64,000 nucleotides of DNA, taken from positions 3,938 to 67,937 of the forward strand of contig JAKVON010000014.1 in assembly GCA_022482785.1 (NCBI GenBank), read 5' to 3'. The translations under genes were made by a program, and so were the position numbers. The notes under the pieces are model-generated. The model worked only from the letters and a program-made list of their open reading frames with translations. It made no database searches and was not told where the DNA came from. Within the stretch, counting starts at the first letter, position 1. Every line of letters starts with the position of its first letter. The stretch comes from Atopobiaceae bacterium. GTDB taxonomy: Bacteria > Actinomycetota > Coriobacteriia > Coriobacteriales > Atopobiaceae. Positions 9,304 to 20,489 of this stretch are shown piece after piece.

Positions 9304-9519
9304 CCCCTGCGCAGTTTTCGACTTTTCCCCCACAAGGCTGGGCCGACTGCACGAATTTCGACTTATCCCAAACGCTTCCTGGGCAGACACGACCTGACGA
9401 AAAGGATGCCGAGCAGCGCCGCAGGTGGGCGGGACGATAAATTCAGCAATTGTGGGATAACCCGCGATTTGTGCGTCGAACAGTCCCTTAATGGGGGATA
9501 ACCTGTGATTCGTGCGGTC
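9304..9519. repeat. Quartet of 26-nt repeat units (V-type), two reverse then two forward
   Basis: Reverse units at 9304-9331 and 9345-9370. Forward units TGGGATAACCCGCGATTTGTGCGTCG (9453-9478) and GGGGGATAACCTGTGATTCGTGCGGTC (9493-9519). Unit spacing within each pair is 40-41 bp. Confidence 0.7.
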
Positions 9520-9712
9520 AGCTGCCCCATCCCAGAAACTTTTTCCGCCGATTCCCACCGACAGGCACCGCCCACGCCTGTCGCCGCGCCGCCCGCAGCC
9601 GTGCGTTATGGCCACATAACGACGCGGCATTTGTTGGTAAAACTCGCAGGTCCCATATTCGTAGGTGCCAGGCCGGCAACCCTTCCGTCGCACGTGAGCC
9701 AGAGGAGAGACC

Positions 9713-11186
9713 ATGAGCAAACCAGCGTCACAGCAAGGCAAGGAGGCGACGCAGGAGTCCACCAGGACGAGGGACCGCAAGGCCCTCGTCTCCGGACTTG
9801 CCTGCATCGCCATCGGGCTCGTCATCTACTTCCTTCCCGTCCCCGACGGCGTCGACGCCCGCGGCATGCATATGCTCGGCATCTTCGTCGCCACCATCGT
9901 CGCGCTCGTCCTGCAGCCGCTTCCCACCGCGGCCGTGGCCATCATCGGCCTCACGGCCTCCATGCTCACCGGCGCGATGAGCGCATCCAAGGAGGCGTTC
10001 ACCGGGCCTCGGGAGCTCGTCGATCTGGCTCATCGTCGCCGCGTTCTTCATCGCCCACGGGCTTCGTGAAGACGGGCCTCGGGCATCGCATCGCTCTCAT
10101 GTTCCTCACGAGGCTGGGAAGCTCGAGCCTCGGCATCGCCTACGGCCTTGCCGCGACCGACCTCGTGCTCGCCCCGGCGACCCCGTCGAACACCGCGCGT
10201 CTCGGCGGCATCCTGTTCCCGGTCATCACCTCCATCAGCGACGTGCAGGGCTCGACGCCCAAGACCGACGAGTCGCGCCTCAGGCTCGGAGCCTACCTGG
10301 CCGTGACCGCGAACAACGTCAACGCCGTGACCTCCGCCATGTTCCTCACCGCCATGGCCTGGCGGGCCCATCTGCGTCGAGCTCGCCGCGAAGTCTGGAA
10401 TCACCCTCGACTGGGGCCAGTGGGCGCTCGGCGGCATCGTGCCGGGCCTCGTCGCCCTGCTGCTCATCCCCCGCGTCGTCCAGCTCGTCTTCCCGCCCAC
10501 GCTCCAGAAGATGCCCGAGGGCAAGCAGAACGCCAAGGACCAGCTGGCCGAGATGGGTCCCATGTCGGTCCAGGAGAAGATCATGGGCGCCACCTTCCTG
10601 GTCATGCTCCTGCTCTGGTCGCTCGGCTCCTTCTTCTCCATCCCGGCGACGGCCGTCGCCTTCCTCGGAGTCTCGATCCTGCTCGCCACGCGCGTGCTCG
10701 ATTGGAAGGACCTCTCGGGCAACAAGGCCGCCTGGCAGACCCTCATCTTCTTCGGCATCCTCGTCGGCATGGCGGGACAGCTCAACACCCTTGGCGTCAT
10801 CGGCTGGATGGGCCAGACCGTGTCGGCGGCCGTCGGTGGCATGTCCTGGCCGATGGTGCTCGTGATCCTCTCGGCCCTGTACTTCGTCCTGCACTACATG
10901 TTCGCCTCCGAGCTCGCCCAGATCGCAGCGCTGTATCCGCTGTTCCTGAGCGTCATGGTTGCCGCCGGCGTCCCGCCCGTGCTCGCGGCCCTCATGCTCG
11001 GCGCCCTCTCGGCCCTCATGGGCGCCATGACGCCACTACGCCTCCGGCCCCGCCGCGCTCATCTACGGATCCGGCTACGTGAAGACCTCCGAGTTCTTTA
11101 AAGTGGGCATTGCCTGCGGCATCCTGGTGCTCGTGGTCTGGCTTACCGTCGGGCTCGGCTGGTGGAAGATCCTCGGGATCTGGTAG
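9713..11186 (+). pseudogene. DASS-family (divalent anion:Na+ symporter / dicarboxylate) permease with four +1 frame disruptions (or sequencing errors)
   Basis: Five frame segments join into one full-length permease. Segments: 9713-~10007; ~10008-10060 (IWLIVAAFFIAHG); ~10060-10358 (FVKTGLGHRIALMF...LTAMA); ~10359-11033 (GGPICVELAAKSG...GAMT); ~11034-11186 (HYASGPAALIYGSGYVKTSEFFKVG...WKILGIW stop). Each junction lies in a short C or G run. Confidence 0.8.
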
Positions 11187-11246
11187 GGCGGCAAAACGCG
11201 CCCGAACGGCTCTCTGCACGACCCTCTGTGACATCGACTCGAAAGG

Positions 11247-12885
11247 ATGATTGACATGATCAAGAACGGACTCGCGGTACTGGCCGACCCCATGCAGAAC
11301 AAGGGGACCGGTTTCACGCAGGCAGAACGCGTCGAGCTGGGCATCGACGGGCTGCTTCCCTCGGCCGTCCAGACGATCGAGCAGCAGGAGGCCATGGTCT
11401 ACGAGCGCTTCTGCGCCCAGCCCACCGACCTCGCCAAGCGCATGTACCTCATGAGCGTGCTCGACTCCAACACGCGCCTCTACTACTACAGCATGGCCCG
11501 GCACCTCACCGAGTACATGCCCATGGTCTACGCCCCCACCGTCGCGCAGTCCATCGAGGGCTTCGACGACCACTACTTCGGCAGCCGCGTGGCCTATGTC
11601 GACGTCAAGCACCCCGAGAACATCGAGAAGGCCCTCAAGCAGTTCGCCGGCGACTCCGACATCCGCCTGGTCGTGGCCACCGACTCCGAGGGCATCCTCG
11701 GCATCGGCGACTGGGGCGTCAACGGCGCGGAGATCCTCACCGGCAAGCTCGCCGTCTACACCGCCGCCGCGGCCATCGACCCCACCAAGATCCTGCCGGT
11801 CATGATCGATGCCGGCACCAACCGCAAGGAGCTCCTCGACGATCCCCGCTACATGGGCATGCGCTGCGAGCGCATCCGCGGCAAGGAGTATGACGACTTC
11901 ATCGAGGAGTTCGTGAACGTCTCGCTCAGGCTCTACCCCGAGGCGCTGCTGCACTGGGAGGACTTCGGGCGTCCCTGCGCAGCCCCCATCCTCGAGCGCT
12001 ACCGCGACAAGGTCCTCACGCTGAACGATGACATCCAGGGCACGGGCGTCACCGTGCTCGGCGCCCTCGAGGCGAGCCGCAGGGTCGCGGGTACGAGCTA
12101 CGACGACGCGAAGATCGTCATCTTCGGCGCCGGCACGGCCGGCATGGGCATCGCCGACCAGATCGTCGACGGCATGGTGGCCTTCGGGAACATGACCCTC
12201 GAGGCCGCGCAGGCCAGGATCTATGCCGTCGACCGCCAGGGGCTCATCCTCAAGGGCATGCCCGACCTCACCGAGGGCCAGAGGCGCTATGCGCCACGAT
12301 GCCTCCGAGTTCCCTGCCGGCGCCGATCTCTCGACCCTCGAGAACGTCGTGGCGACGGTCAGGCCCACGGCCCTCGTCGGCACCTCGACCGTGCACGGCG
12401 CCTTCACCGAGAAGGTCTGCCGCGACATGGCGGCGAGCGTCGAGCGCCCCTTCATCGCCCCCATCTCCAACCCCACCAAGCTCGCGGAGGCAACCGCCGC
12501 CGACGTGCTCGCCTGGACGGACGGCCGCGCCTCGGTGATCACTGGCACCCCCTCGGCCCCGGTCGAGCTGGGCGGCGTGACCTATCGCATCGGCCAGGGC
12601 AACAACGCCCTCATGTACCCGGGCATCTGCCTGGGGGCCCTGCTCCCGAGTGCCAGGCTCGTGAGCCGCGGGATGCTGCTCGCCGGTGCCCGCGCCCTGG
12701 CCGACATGGTCGACACCACGACCCCGGGTGCCCCGATCCTTCCGCCCATGGCGGCGCTCACCGACATAACCCGCAACGTGGCGAAGGCGGTCTGCCAGTG
12801 TGCCATCGACGAGGGGATAAACCGCGTTGAGGTCGCAGACGTCGACGCCGCGATCGACGCGGCGGCCTGGCATCCCGAGTACTAG
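11247..12885 (+). pseudogene. NAD-dependent malic enzyme / malolactic enzyme family, one +1 frame disruption (or sequencing error)
   Basis: The N-terminal 348 codons (LADPMQNKGTGFTQAERVELGIDGLLP, IFGAGTAGMGIA) are in frame 0. The C-terminal ~198 codons (HDASEFPAGADL...GQGNNALMYPGI...) are in frame 1. The junction is at ~12294 (gcgCCac). ATG 11256 is an alternative start. Confidence 0.82.
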
Positions 12886-12935
12886 GCTGGGGGCATGGCC
12901 GACGACCCGATGGCGCGGGACGGGAGCATATCGCG

Positions 12936-13865
12936 ATGATGGCAATCGAGAACATCCACGACCTCGAGGTCTTCTGTGCGATCGTCGGTGCGGGCAGCTT
13001 CACGGGGGCTGCCCGCACCCTTGGCATCACCCAGCCTGCCGTCTCCCTCTCGGTCAAGCGGCTCGAGCGCCAGCTGGGCACCACGCTCCTCGACCGGCAT
13101 CGCTTCGGGTCGAACGACACGGCCCTCACCGACTCTGGAAAGGTCCTCGCGCGCCACGCCGAGGCAATCGTCAAGCACGCGGCTGAGGCGATCGACGAGA
13201 TAGAGGGGCTCGAGCGTCAGCAGGTCATCAGGCTCGGCCTGCCTCCGATGATCATGGAGTACTACCTCGCCGGCAGGATGGACGACCTCAAGCGCGCGTT
13301 CGGCGGCCGTTCCGTGAGCGTGTGCTCCTACGGCTCTGAGCGCATGATCCGCGAGGTGAAGCACCACAACATCGACGTGGGCGCGGTCGCCTCGCCGAGC
13401 GAGGCCCTGCAGATCCCCTACGTCAAGAGCGTGAAGGTGGGCTCGTTCCCGTTCTGCCTCGCGGTTCCCGCCGACCATCCTCTGGCCACGTATTCGCGGA
13501 TGAGCCTCGACGTGCTCGCGCAGCTCCCCGACTACCCGTTCGTCTCGTTCACCAAGGACTTCATGCAGCATGACGTGCTGAGCGGCCTCTTCGAGGACTG
13601 CGGCAAGGTGCTCAACGTGGCCGCCGAGACCGACCAGCTTCCCGTCCTGAAGCGGCTCGTCTCGACGGGGATCGGCATCGGCCTCGTCACGAGCCTCGCC
13701 GTGGACGAGCAACGCGATGGGCTGCACCTCATCCCCATCGTGGGGGAGGGCGTGCCCACCTTCAACGTGTTCGTGTTCGAGGACGTCTCGAGGCCCGTGC
13801 GGCAGGGCCACGAGGCGGTCACCCGAATCCTCAAGGTCCTCTACTCGGCCTCGCGCTCCACGTAG
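12936..13865 (+). CDS. LysR-family transcriptional regulator (MleR-like by context)
   Basis: 309 aa. HTH FTGAARTLGITQPAVSLSVKRLERQLG followed by a LysR substrate-binding domain. Confidence 0.9.
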   Translation: MMAIENIHDLEVFCAIVGAGSFTGAARTLGITQPAVSLSVKRLERQLGTTLLDRHRFGSNDTALTDSGKVLARHAEAIVKHAAEAIDEIEGLERQQVIRLGLPPMIMEYYLAGRMDDLKRAFGGRSVSVCSYGSERMIREVKHHNIDVGAVASPSEALQIPYVKSVKVGSFPFCLAVPADHPLATYSRMSLDVLAQLPDYPFVSFTKDFMQHDVLSGLFEDCGKVLNVAAETDQLPVLKRLVSTGIGIGLVTSLAVDEQRDGLHLIPIVGEGVPTFNVFVFEDVSRPVRQGHEAVTRILKVLYSASRST

Positions 13866-13989
13866 GCGCGTCGCGCTCGGGACCTGCCCGTCGTCACCCT
13901 TTCGCCGATAGGATCGGCCGGACACCATGCGCCAGCGTATCATCGCAGGTAAAGTATCCTGTTCGCATTCTAGTCGGGGGATGGTATCC

Positions 13990-16960
13990 ATGGGACCAAG
14001 GTCAAGGGGAATCCGTGCGTTTCTGAGCGCTGTGCTGACGGTCGTGCTCTCCGTGGCCATGGTGCCGCAGGCGGCGCTCGCCGAGGCCGTGGCCGAGACG
14101 CCCGTGGCAACGGAGTCTGCCGCCACGCCCGCATCCGAGACGTCGAGCGAGGCCGCGGCCTCCGGCTCGACGGCCGACGCCGCGTCCCCGTCCCCTTCGG
14201 AGACGTCGGCCGATGTAACCGAGCCTGCGTCGTCCGCCGAGGCCGCCCCTGCGACGGCGTCGGCCCCCGAGGCCCCCTCCGAGGCGACCCCCTCCGAGGA
14301 CGCGTCCGCCTCCGGGACGTCGACCGACAAGGAACCCGTTGCATCCGGCACGAGCGCGGATGCTGACTCGACGGGCGCGCCTGCGTCCGTCACGACGCAG
14401 GCCGACGCCGTCGGCGCTGCGGATGCCGACGAGAAGCAGGGCGGCACCGTCTCCACATACGCCGACGTCATTCGCCAGAGGGCCATCAACGAGAGCTACA
14501 ACGCGGTCCACGCTTCGGACCCCGACGCGCTCGGCACCCAGTCCACGCTGCCGTCCTCCTACAAGGTGACCGACGGCTACGACTCCACCTGGGCCGCCCG
14601 CGACCAGAACCCCTTCAACTCCTGCTGGGCGTTCGGCGCCACGGCGAGCGTCGAGAGCAACATCCTCAGGCAGAGGGGCGGCACGGGCGCCTCGGCCCTC
14701 AACCTGTCCGAGCACCAGCTCGCGTACTTCGCCGAGGTCCCGGTCACCTCCTCCACGACCATCGCCGGCCGCGCAATCGACGCCGACCAGGCGGGCGAGG
14801 GGATGTCCGTCGTCGGCGGGCTGGACGCGGGCGGGACCATCGGCGGGGCAGCCGAGGCGCTCACCTCGTGGGAGGGGCTCGCCTCCGAGTCACAGGACCC
14901 CTCGCTCGCCTACAGGGCGACAGACGGCACGATCAGCTCCGACTCCGACTGGTCGCTTGCCGAGTCGCTCCGCGGGGTCTCCGCGGCCCACGTCACCGAC
15001 GTCGAGTCCCTCCCGTCCCCGGCAACCCTCGGAGAAGAGGACGGGAAGATAACCTACACCTACAACCCCTCCGGCACGGAGGCCATCAAGAAGGCGCTCA
15101 TGGGCACGGGCGGCGTCGAGGCGATGGTGATGTACGACGAGGGGGCGGCCTACAGGGCCGATACCGGCGCGCTCTACAACCCCTCGTACGTGCAAGCCAA
15201 CCATGCGATCACCATCGTCGGATGGGACGACGACTATCCCTCCTCCAACTTCGCCAAGGCCCCCGACGATAACGGGGCCTTCCTGGTCAGGAACAGCTAC
15301 GGCTCCTATGGAACCTACGAGAAGATCGACGTGCGCGTGAACGGCAGCACCACGTCGGAGAAGTTCACGCAGCGGGTGTATACGGACCAGTCTGGCGTGG
15401 AGCACTACGTCTACCTAGACCAAAGCAATGAGTATGGGCAGGGCGAGGGAACGATGTTCGAGCTCACGAAGGGTACGGGCGGAACCTATTCGCTCGATAC
15501 GTCGAAGCCGTACAAGACTGGCGTGAAGGTGCTCGATAAGACGTCGAGCTCCATCGAGTACCAGCTGAGCGACGGCTCGAAGATCAAGGCTTCGATGACT
15601 CCCTTGGCCGGCACCGAGAACTCGCCCACCTGGGGTGGGTGCTTCTGGCTGTCCTACTACGATGCGTCCGTCATGAATGCGACGTCGTATTCCGCGGAGG
15701 AGCCCGATTCCAGCGGGAAGTTCTCCGCCGACCACATCTACGAGTACGACTACCTGGGCAATGCGAGCAGTATCCCGACGATGGAGGGCGCGTTCGACAC
15801 CACGTCCGGCCCCACGTCCGAGACGGTGGTGGCCCAGTGCGCCAACGTCTTCACCTCGGTGGGCAACGAGGTCCTCACGGCCGTCTCCGCGACGACCCAG
15901 AGCGCCGCGAGCACGGTCGAGGTCCTCGTCTACCGCCTGCTCGGCGGCGCGACGGGCCCCACCCAGAGCGCGACCGGCCAGCCCGAGGCCACCGTCACCT
16001 ACAAGGCCGCCAACGCGGGCTACCACACCATCGACCTCACGACGCCGTTCTTCCTCCACGCGGGCGAGTCCTACTCGGTGGTGGAGCGGATCACGAACTA
16101 CCAGGGCCAGGGATACGTCCCCGTCGAGATGGGACGCAAGGCCTCGCCAGGGCTGGGAAAGGGGACGTCCATAGGTACGACCGCGAAGTCGGGAGAGGGC
16201 GAGAGCTACATCAGCCAGGACGGCGGCGCGACGTGGACCGACGTGAGCACGCTCTCCGACTACATCAAGAAGATGGTCAATCCGGCCTATGCGACTGCCG
16301 GCTTGGTTCCGACGAGCGTGGGCAACGTCATGATCCGCGCGTTCACGAAGGACTGGACGCCCACGCCCGAGCCCACGCCGGCAGTGACGCCCACGCCTTC
16401 GAGCCTGTGGCCGCGACCACGTCCGAGCCGACGGCCGCGTCCGAGCCGGCGCCCAAGCCGTCCGGCCCATGCCTTCCGCGAACGTACAGACCAGGACCTA
16501 CGCGAACGGCGTCACGGCGACGCTCGTGGGCAGCGACGAGTCCATCGACGACCTGGTGGTCGCCCGCAGAGACGACGTGCCTGACGGCGAGCTCGCGGCC
16601 ACGCCCTCCCAGGAGATGCTGTCCGCGCTCGGCAATCGCACGCTCGAGAGCGACTGGGACGCCTACTTCACCGACGGGACCACCACGGGCTTCGGCACGC
16701 TGACGCTCTCCCTCCCGGCATCCGGCGACGAGGCGCAGGTCTGGCAGCTGCACGACGGGACGGTCGCCGACGGCGACGGCCTTGCGGCCGCGGGCGCCGA
16801 GGCGGCGCGCGAGGGCCTCGGCGGCCAGCTCCTCCTCATGCGGACGGGCGACCTCGACGTGGCCGCCACCACCGACGCGGCCGTGCGGCCCGACGGCCAG
16901 GTCGTGGCATCCACGCGGACGCTCCCCGGCGAGTTCTCGGTGAGCTCGGCAAAGGAGTAG
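13990..16960 (+). pseudogene. Secreted papain-like (C1 family) cysteine peptidase with low-complexity linker, two -1 frame disruptions near the C-terminus (or sequencing errors)
   Basis: ATG 13990 follows GGGGGA. Signal peptide MGPRSRGIRAFLSAVLTVVLSVAMVPQAALA. Ser/Ala/Pro/Thr-rich linker. Catalytic motifs QNPFNSCWAFGA, NHAITIVGWDDDY and FLVRNSYGS. The frame changes at ~16397 and ~16467 inside a PT-rich linker. The reading then continues as PSANVQTRTYANGVTATL... to 16960. Out-of-frame read-through would stop at 16584. Confidence 0.7.
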
Positions 16961-17084
16961 GTCGTCCTGCCGGCGGTATGACGCAGCGGATGTGACCTGT
17001 GCAATGCAGGCAAAACCTATGCTGGCCGTTTCCGTTGCAGGGAAACGTCCAGCTCGGCGCAAAGAGCTCTGGCCAGGTAAACGG

Positions 17085-17121
17085 CAGGCCCCGTCATCGT
17101 TTCTTCCGATGGCGGGGCCTG
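17085..17121. terminator. 15-bp stem hairpin downstream of the peptidase gene
   Basis: CAGGCCCCGTCATCG, loop tttcttc, CGATGGCGGGGCCTG (one G-U pair). Confidence 0.45.
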
Positions 17122-17154
17122 GCCTAGCTCGCGAGTTGGAATAGCCGCATCAGG

Positions 17155-17210
17155 CCGGTTGCCGCCCCCATGCGCTCGGCAGATACCATGCACATGGGGG
17201 CGGCAACCGG
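17155..17210. terminator. 18-bp perfect inverted repeat downstream of the minus-strand permease gene
   Basis: CCGGTTGCCGCCCCCATG (17155-17172), 20-nt loop, CATGGGGGCGGCAACCGG (17193-17210). The permease stop is at 17233. Confidence 0.55.
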
Positions 17211-17232
17211 GCGATGCGGCCTGCGTGCCCAG

Positions 17233-20200
17233 CTACACCTTGTTGATGTCGGTCAGCTTGAACTTGCCGATCCGTCGCAGCGCGATGAGATTCACCAGGA
17301 CGGAGAAGAACGCTGTGGATGCGACGCCCGCAAGGCAGGCGATCACGCTCGGGTTGGCGATGTAGTCGTCCATCTCGAACTCGATGGACTGGATCGACAG
17401 GTATCCCATGACCGACCCGACAACGATGCCGATGATGATGCCGATGATGGTGAGGACGATGCTGTCGAGGTAGATGTACCTCTTGGCATCACGTAACGAG
17501 AATCCGTTGATCATGAGCACGATGAGGTCGCGCTTCTTCTCCTCGATGAACATGATGGACTGGTTGAGCAGGACGACGAGGGCCATGAGCGCGGAGAGGG
17601 CGATGTAGAGGATCACGAGCGTGCGCGTGATCGAGGTGAGCGAGTCGAACTGCGCCTTGTCGTCGATGTAGTCCTCCTTGACCGAGAAGAACCCCTTCAT
17701 CTGGCGGAGCTGGGAGATCAGCTGCTCCTTGTCGGCCCCGTTGTTGGTGATCAGGATGGTGTTCGGGGCGTAGGTGACGCCGAAGACGGACTCGTAGTAG
17801 TCCTTCCTCATCACGAACTCGTGCCGCGTGAGCCGCCAGGGGAAGACCGTCAAGACGCTGATGTCGTGCGACGTGTTGTCGGTGGTGTAGACGTCGACGT
17901 TAAGCTCCGCGTTGGGATCGTGGACGTTCAGGCGGTAGAGTGATCCGAGGTGCTTGACGAATCCCGAGCTCACCAACGCATTGCTCGAGAGCTCTTCGTC
18001 GTACTCCTGCCTGAGCTCTTCGTCTTGGGTGTGCAGGTTTTCGTCGAACGAGGCGTTGTTGTCCGGGACGCTGACCTCGATGGGGCTGGTCGAGCCGTCT
18101 GGCTTCCTGACCAGGTAGAACTCTCTCCGGTAGAGGGCGGCGTTCGCTCCCGCGTCGTTGATGGTCTGCTCCATGGCCGCGAGGTCCTCCGCGGTCGCGT
18201 CTCTCGTGACGATCGAGTAAGTGTAGGTGTAGACCTCGGTGTACTGGTCCTGGAAGGTCTTCTCGACGTCTATGAGCATGGTCGTGGCGCTCACGACCAG
18301 CGCGGTGCAGCCCATGACACCCACGACGGTTCCGAGAACGCGCAGCTTGTCGTTGAAGAAGTTGTTGACGATCGACTGGGAGAGCACGGGCAGCTTGTTC
18401 CAGATGCGCAGCCTCTCGTAGAAGTGCTGCTTGCTGCTGGGGGGCTCCTCGCCCTTGAGGAGCTGGATGGCCTGCTTCTTGAGCATCTTGCGGCAGGCGA
18501 ACCATGCGGAGAGGAGAATCAGCGCGAGTTCGACCGCGCCTATCTGCAGCACATCCACGATGGAGGCGTATGGCCCGTACGACCCGAACGAGAACTGCGA
18601 CTGCGCGGCGCCGTTGAGCACGCCCTCGACGATCAGGATCGCGAGCAGGGCGCCTGCCGCGATCCCGATGACGACGGCGAGGCCGGCGTAGGCGAGGAAG
18701 CTCGTCGTGATCTCCCCGGAACGCAGGCCGAGTGCCTTCTTGGTGCCGATGGTCACGATCTGCTCTTTGACGATGCGCGAGATGGCCGTGTAGCAGACGA
18801 GCAGACCCACGAGCAGGAAGAGCGAGGCCATCGAGAGGCGCAGGCGGTCGGTGACGTCGGCGAAAGACGAGATCTGGGCATAGCCCGCGTTGGCGTGGCG
18901 GTTCTGCACGATCCAGCCGGTGTCCTTCGCCTGCTCGAAGGTCTCGACCTTCTGGGCGAGGGTGGCCTTGGCATCGGCGAGCTCGGCCTTCTTCTGCTCG
19001 ATGGTGGCCTTGCCGTCCTCTATCTCCTGCTGCTTCTGCTCGATGGTGGCCTTGCCGTCGGAGAGCTCCGGTCTTCTTCTGGGCGAGGGTCGCCTTGCCG
19101 TCCGCGAGTTCCTGCTCCTTCTCGTTGAGCGTGATGCGGGCCGAGTTGTACTCCCCGATGCCGCTCTCGAGCTGCGAGCGTGCCGACAGGTACTGCTTGT
19201 ATTGGGAGAGGGCGCCTCTCGGCCTGGGAGGAGAACGTCGAGACGAGCGGCTCGGGAACGCCCTTGCCGCGGGCGACCTCGGAGGCCGACTTGCCGGATG
19301 ACGCCGCCTCGTCGAGGATTGACCTCAGCAGGTCGGCGACGTTCGAGGCCGATCCGAGCGCGTTCGTGGTGTCCTTGGCCTTTATCGAGTTCGCGGCGTT
19401 GTCGATGGTGGCGTTGATCTCGCCCTCCTTGCGCACTGAGCTCGGACTCCGCCTGGTTGATCGGTGTCGAGCTTGTCGGCAAGCGTGGCCTCGGCATCAT
19501 CGGCCTGGGCCTGCCCGTCCGCGATCTCCTGCTCCTTCTCGGCGATCGTCTGCTCGCCGTCCGCGATCTCCTGCTGCTTCTCCGCGATCGTCTGCTCTCC
19601 GTCGGCGATCGTCTGCTCACCGCTGTCTATCTGGGCCTGCCCGTCGTCGATCTTGGCCTGGGCGTCGTCTATCTGGGCCTGGGCCTTGCTCCTGAAGGCC
19701 GCATAGCGCGCCGCGGCGTTGGCGTTCCCCAGATCCTGGAGCTTGTCGAGCATCGCGCTCGTGGCCGTCGTGTAGCTGGTGCCGAAGGAGGAGATTCCAG
19801 ACGTCGCGCTGCAACGCACGAGGGCATTCGAGTAGCAGCCGTCATAGGTGGCCGTGTCGAATGCCGCCTGGGGCAGGACGAGGAAGCAGTCGGCGGACCC
19901 CACCGAGAGGTTGGTCGTGCCGCGCGTGGAGAGCGTGACCGATTCGTAGCAGGGAGAGCTCACGAGGGCACACACCTTGAACGACCTGCCATTGAGGTAC
20001 TTCGAGCCGTCTGCGGCGCTCGTGTCGTCGGGGTCGAACGTGATGGTGTCGCCGATGCCCAGGCCCATCTTGCCGGCGAAGACGCTGTCCACGGCGACTT
20101 CGTCGGCATTCTGCGGGAGCGTCCCGTCGATGCAGACGGGCTGGTCGATGGTGTCGGGAATCGATATGACCGTGGCGACGTGACCCTGGCCGTCGAGCGA

Positions 20201-20485
20201 GAACGTCTCGTAGGCGCTGTAGGACCCCTCTGCCTTCTCCACCCCGTCCGTGGCCCGGATGTCGGCGAGGTCCTGCTGGGTGATGCCATAGGGATAGGCG
20301 ATGTCGAAGTCGTGGAACTGCTGGGCCTCGTAGGTTCTGTCGGCCGCCGCGTCGAGCGCCATGGCCGACCAGCGGATGCCGAGGAAGATGCATACGCCGA
20401 GTGCCACGAACATCACGATCGAGAAGAAGGAGACCCAGGTTTTCCTGATGTTCGCAAGGAGGTCTATGAGCCGTGTACGCTTCAT
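17233..20485 (-). pseudogene. Very long FtsX/MacB-type ABC permease with an extracytoplasmic coiled-coil repeat region, four frame disruptions (or sequencing errors)
   Basis: The N-terminal ORF 19382..20485 has TM1 then an extracytoplasmic domain ending in ...QTIADGEQTIAEKQQEIADGEQTIAEKEQEIADG. The C-terminal ORF (in frame from ~19070 down to 17233) has KATIEQKQQEIEDGKATIEQKK..., two FtsX 4-TM-type blocks and a second extracytoplasmic domain. Connecting pieces are INQAESELS, VRKEGEINATIDNAANSIKAKD... and YKQYLSARSQLESGIGEYNSARITLNEKEQELADGKATLAQKK. Frame changes lie at ~19460, ~19435, ~19213 and ~19070. Confidence 0.75.
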
Positions 20486-20489
20486 GGGG

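Noticed and set aside
8625-19460. Frame disruptions as programmed ribosomal frameshifting or phase-variable homopolymer switches.
   Set aside because: The tracts are only 2-4 nt long and there are no slippery heptamers or downstream structures. Several breaks occur per gene. Sequencing error or ordinary decay is more parsimonious.
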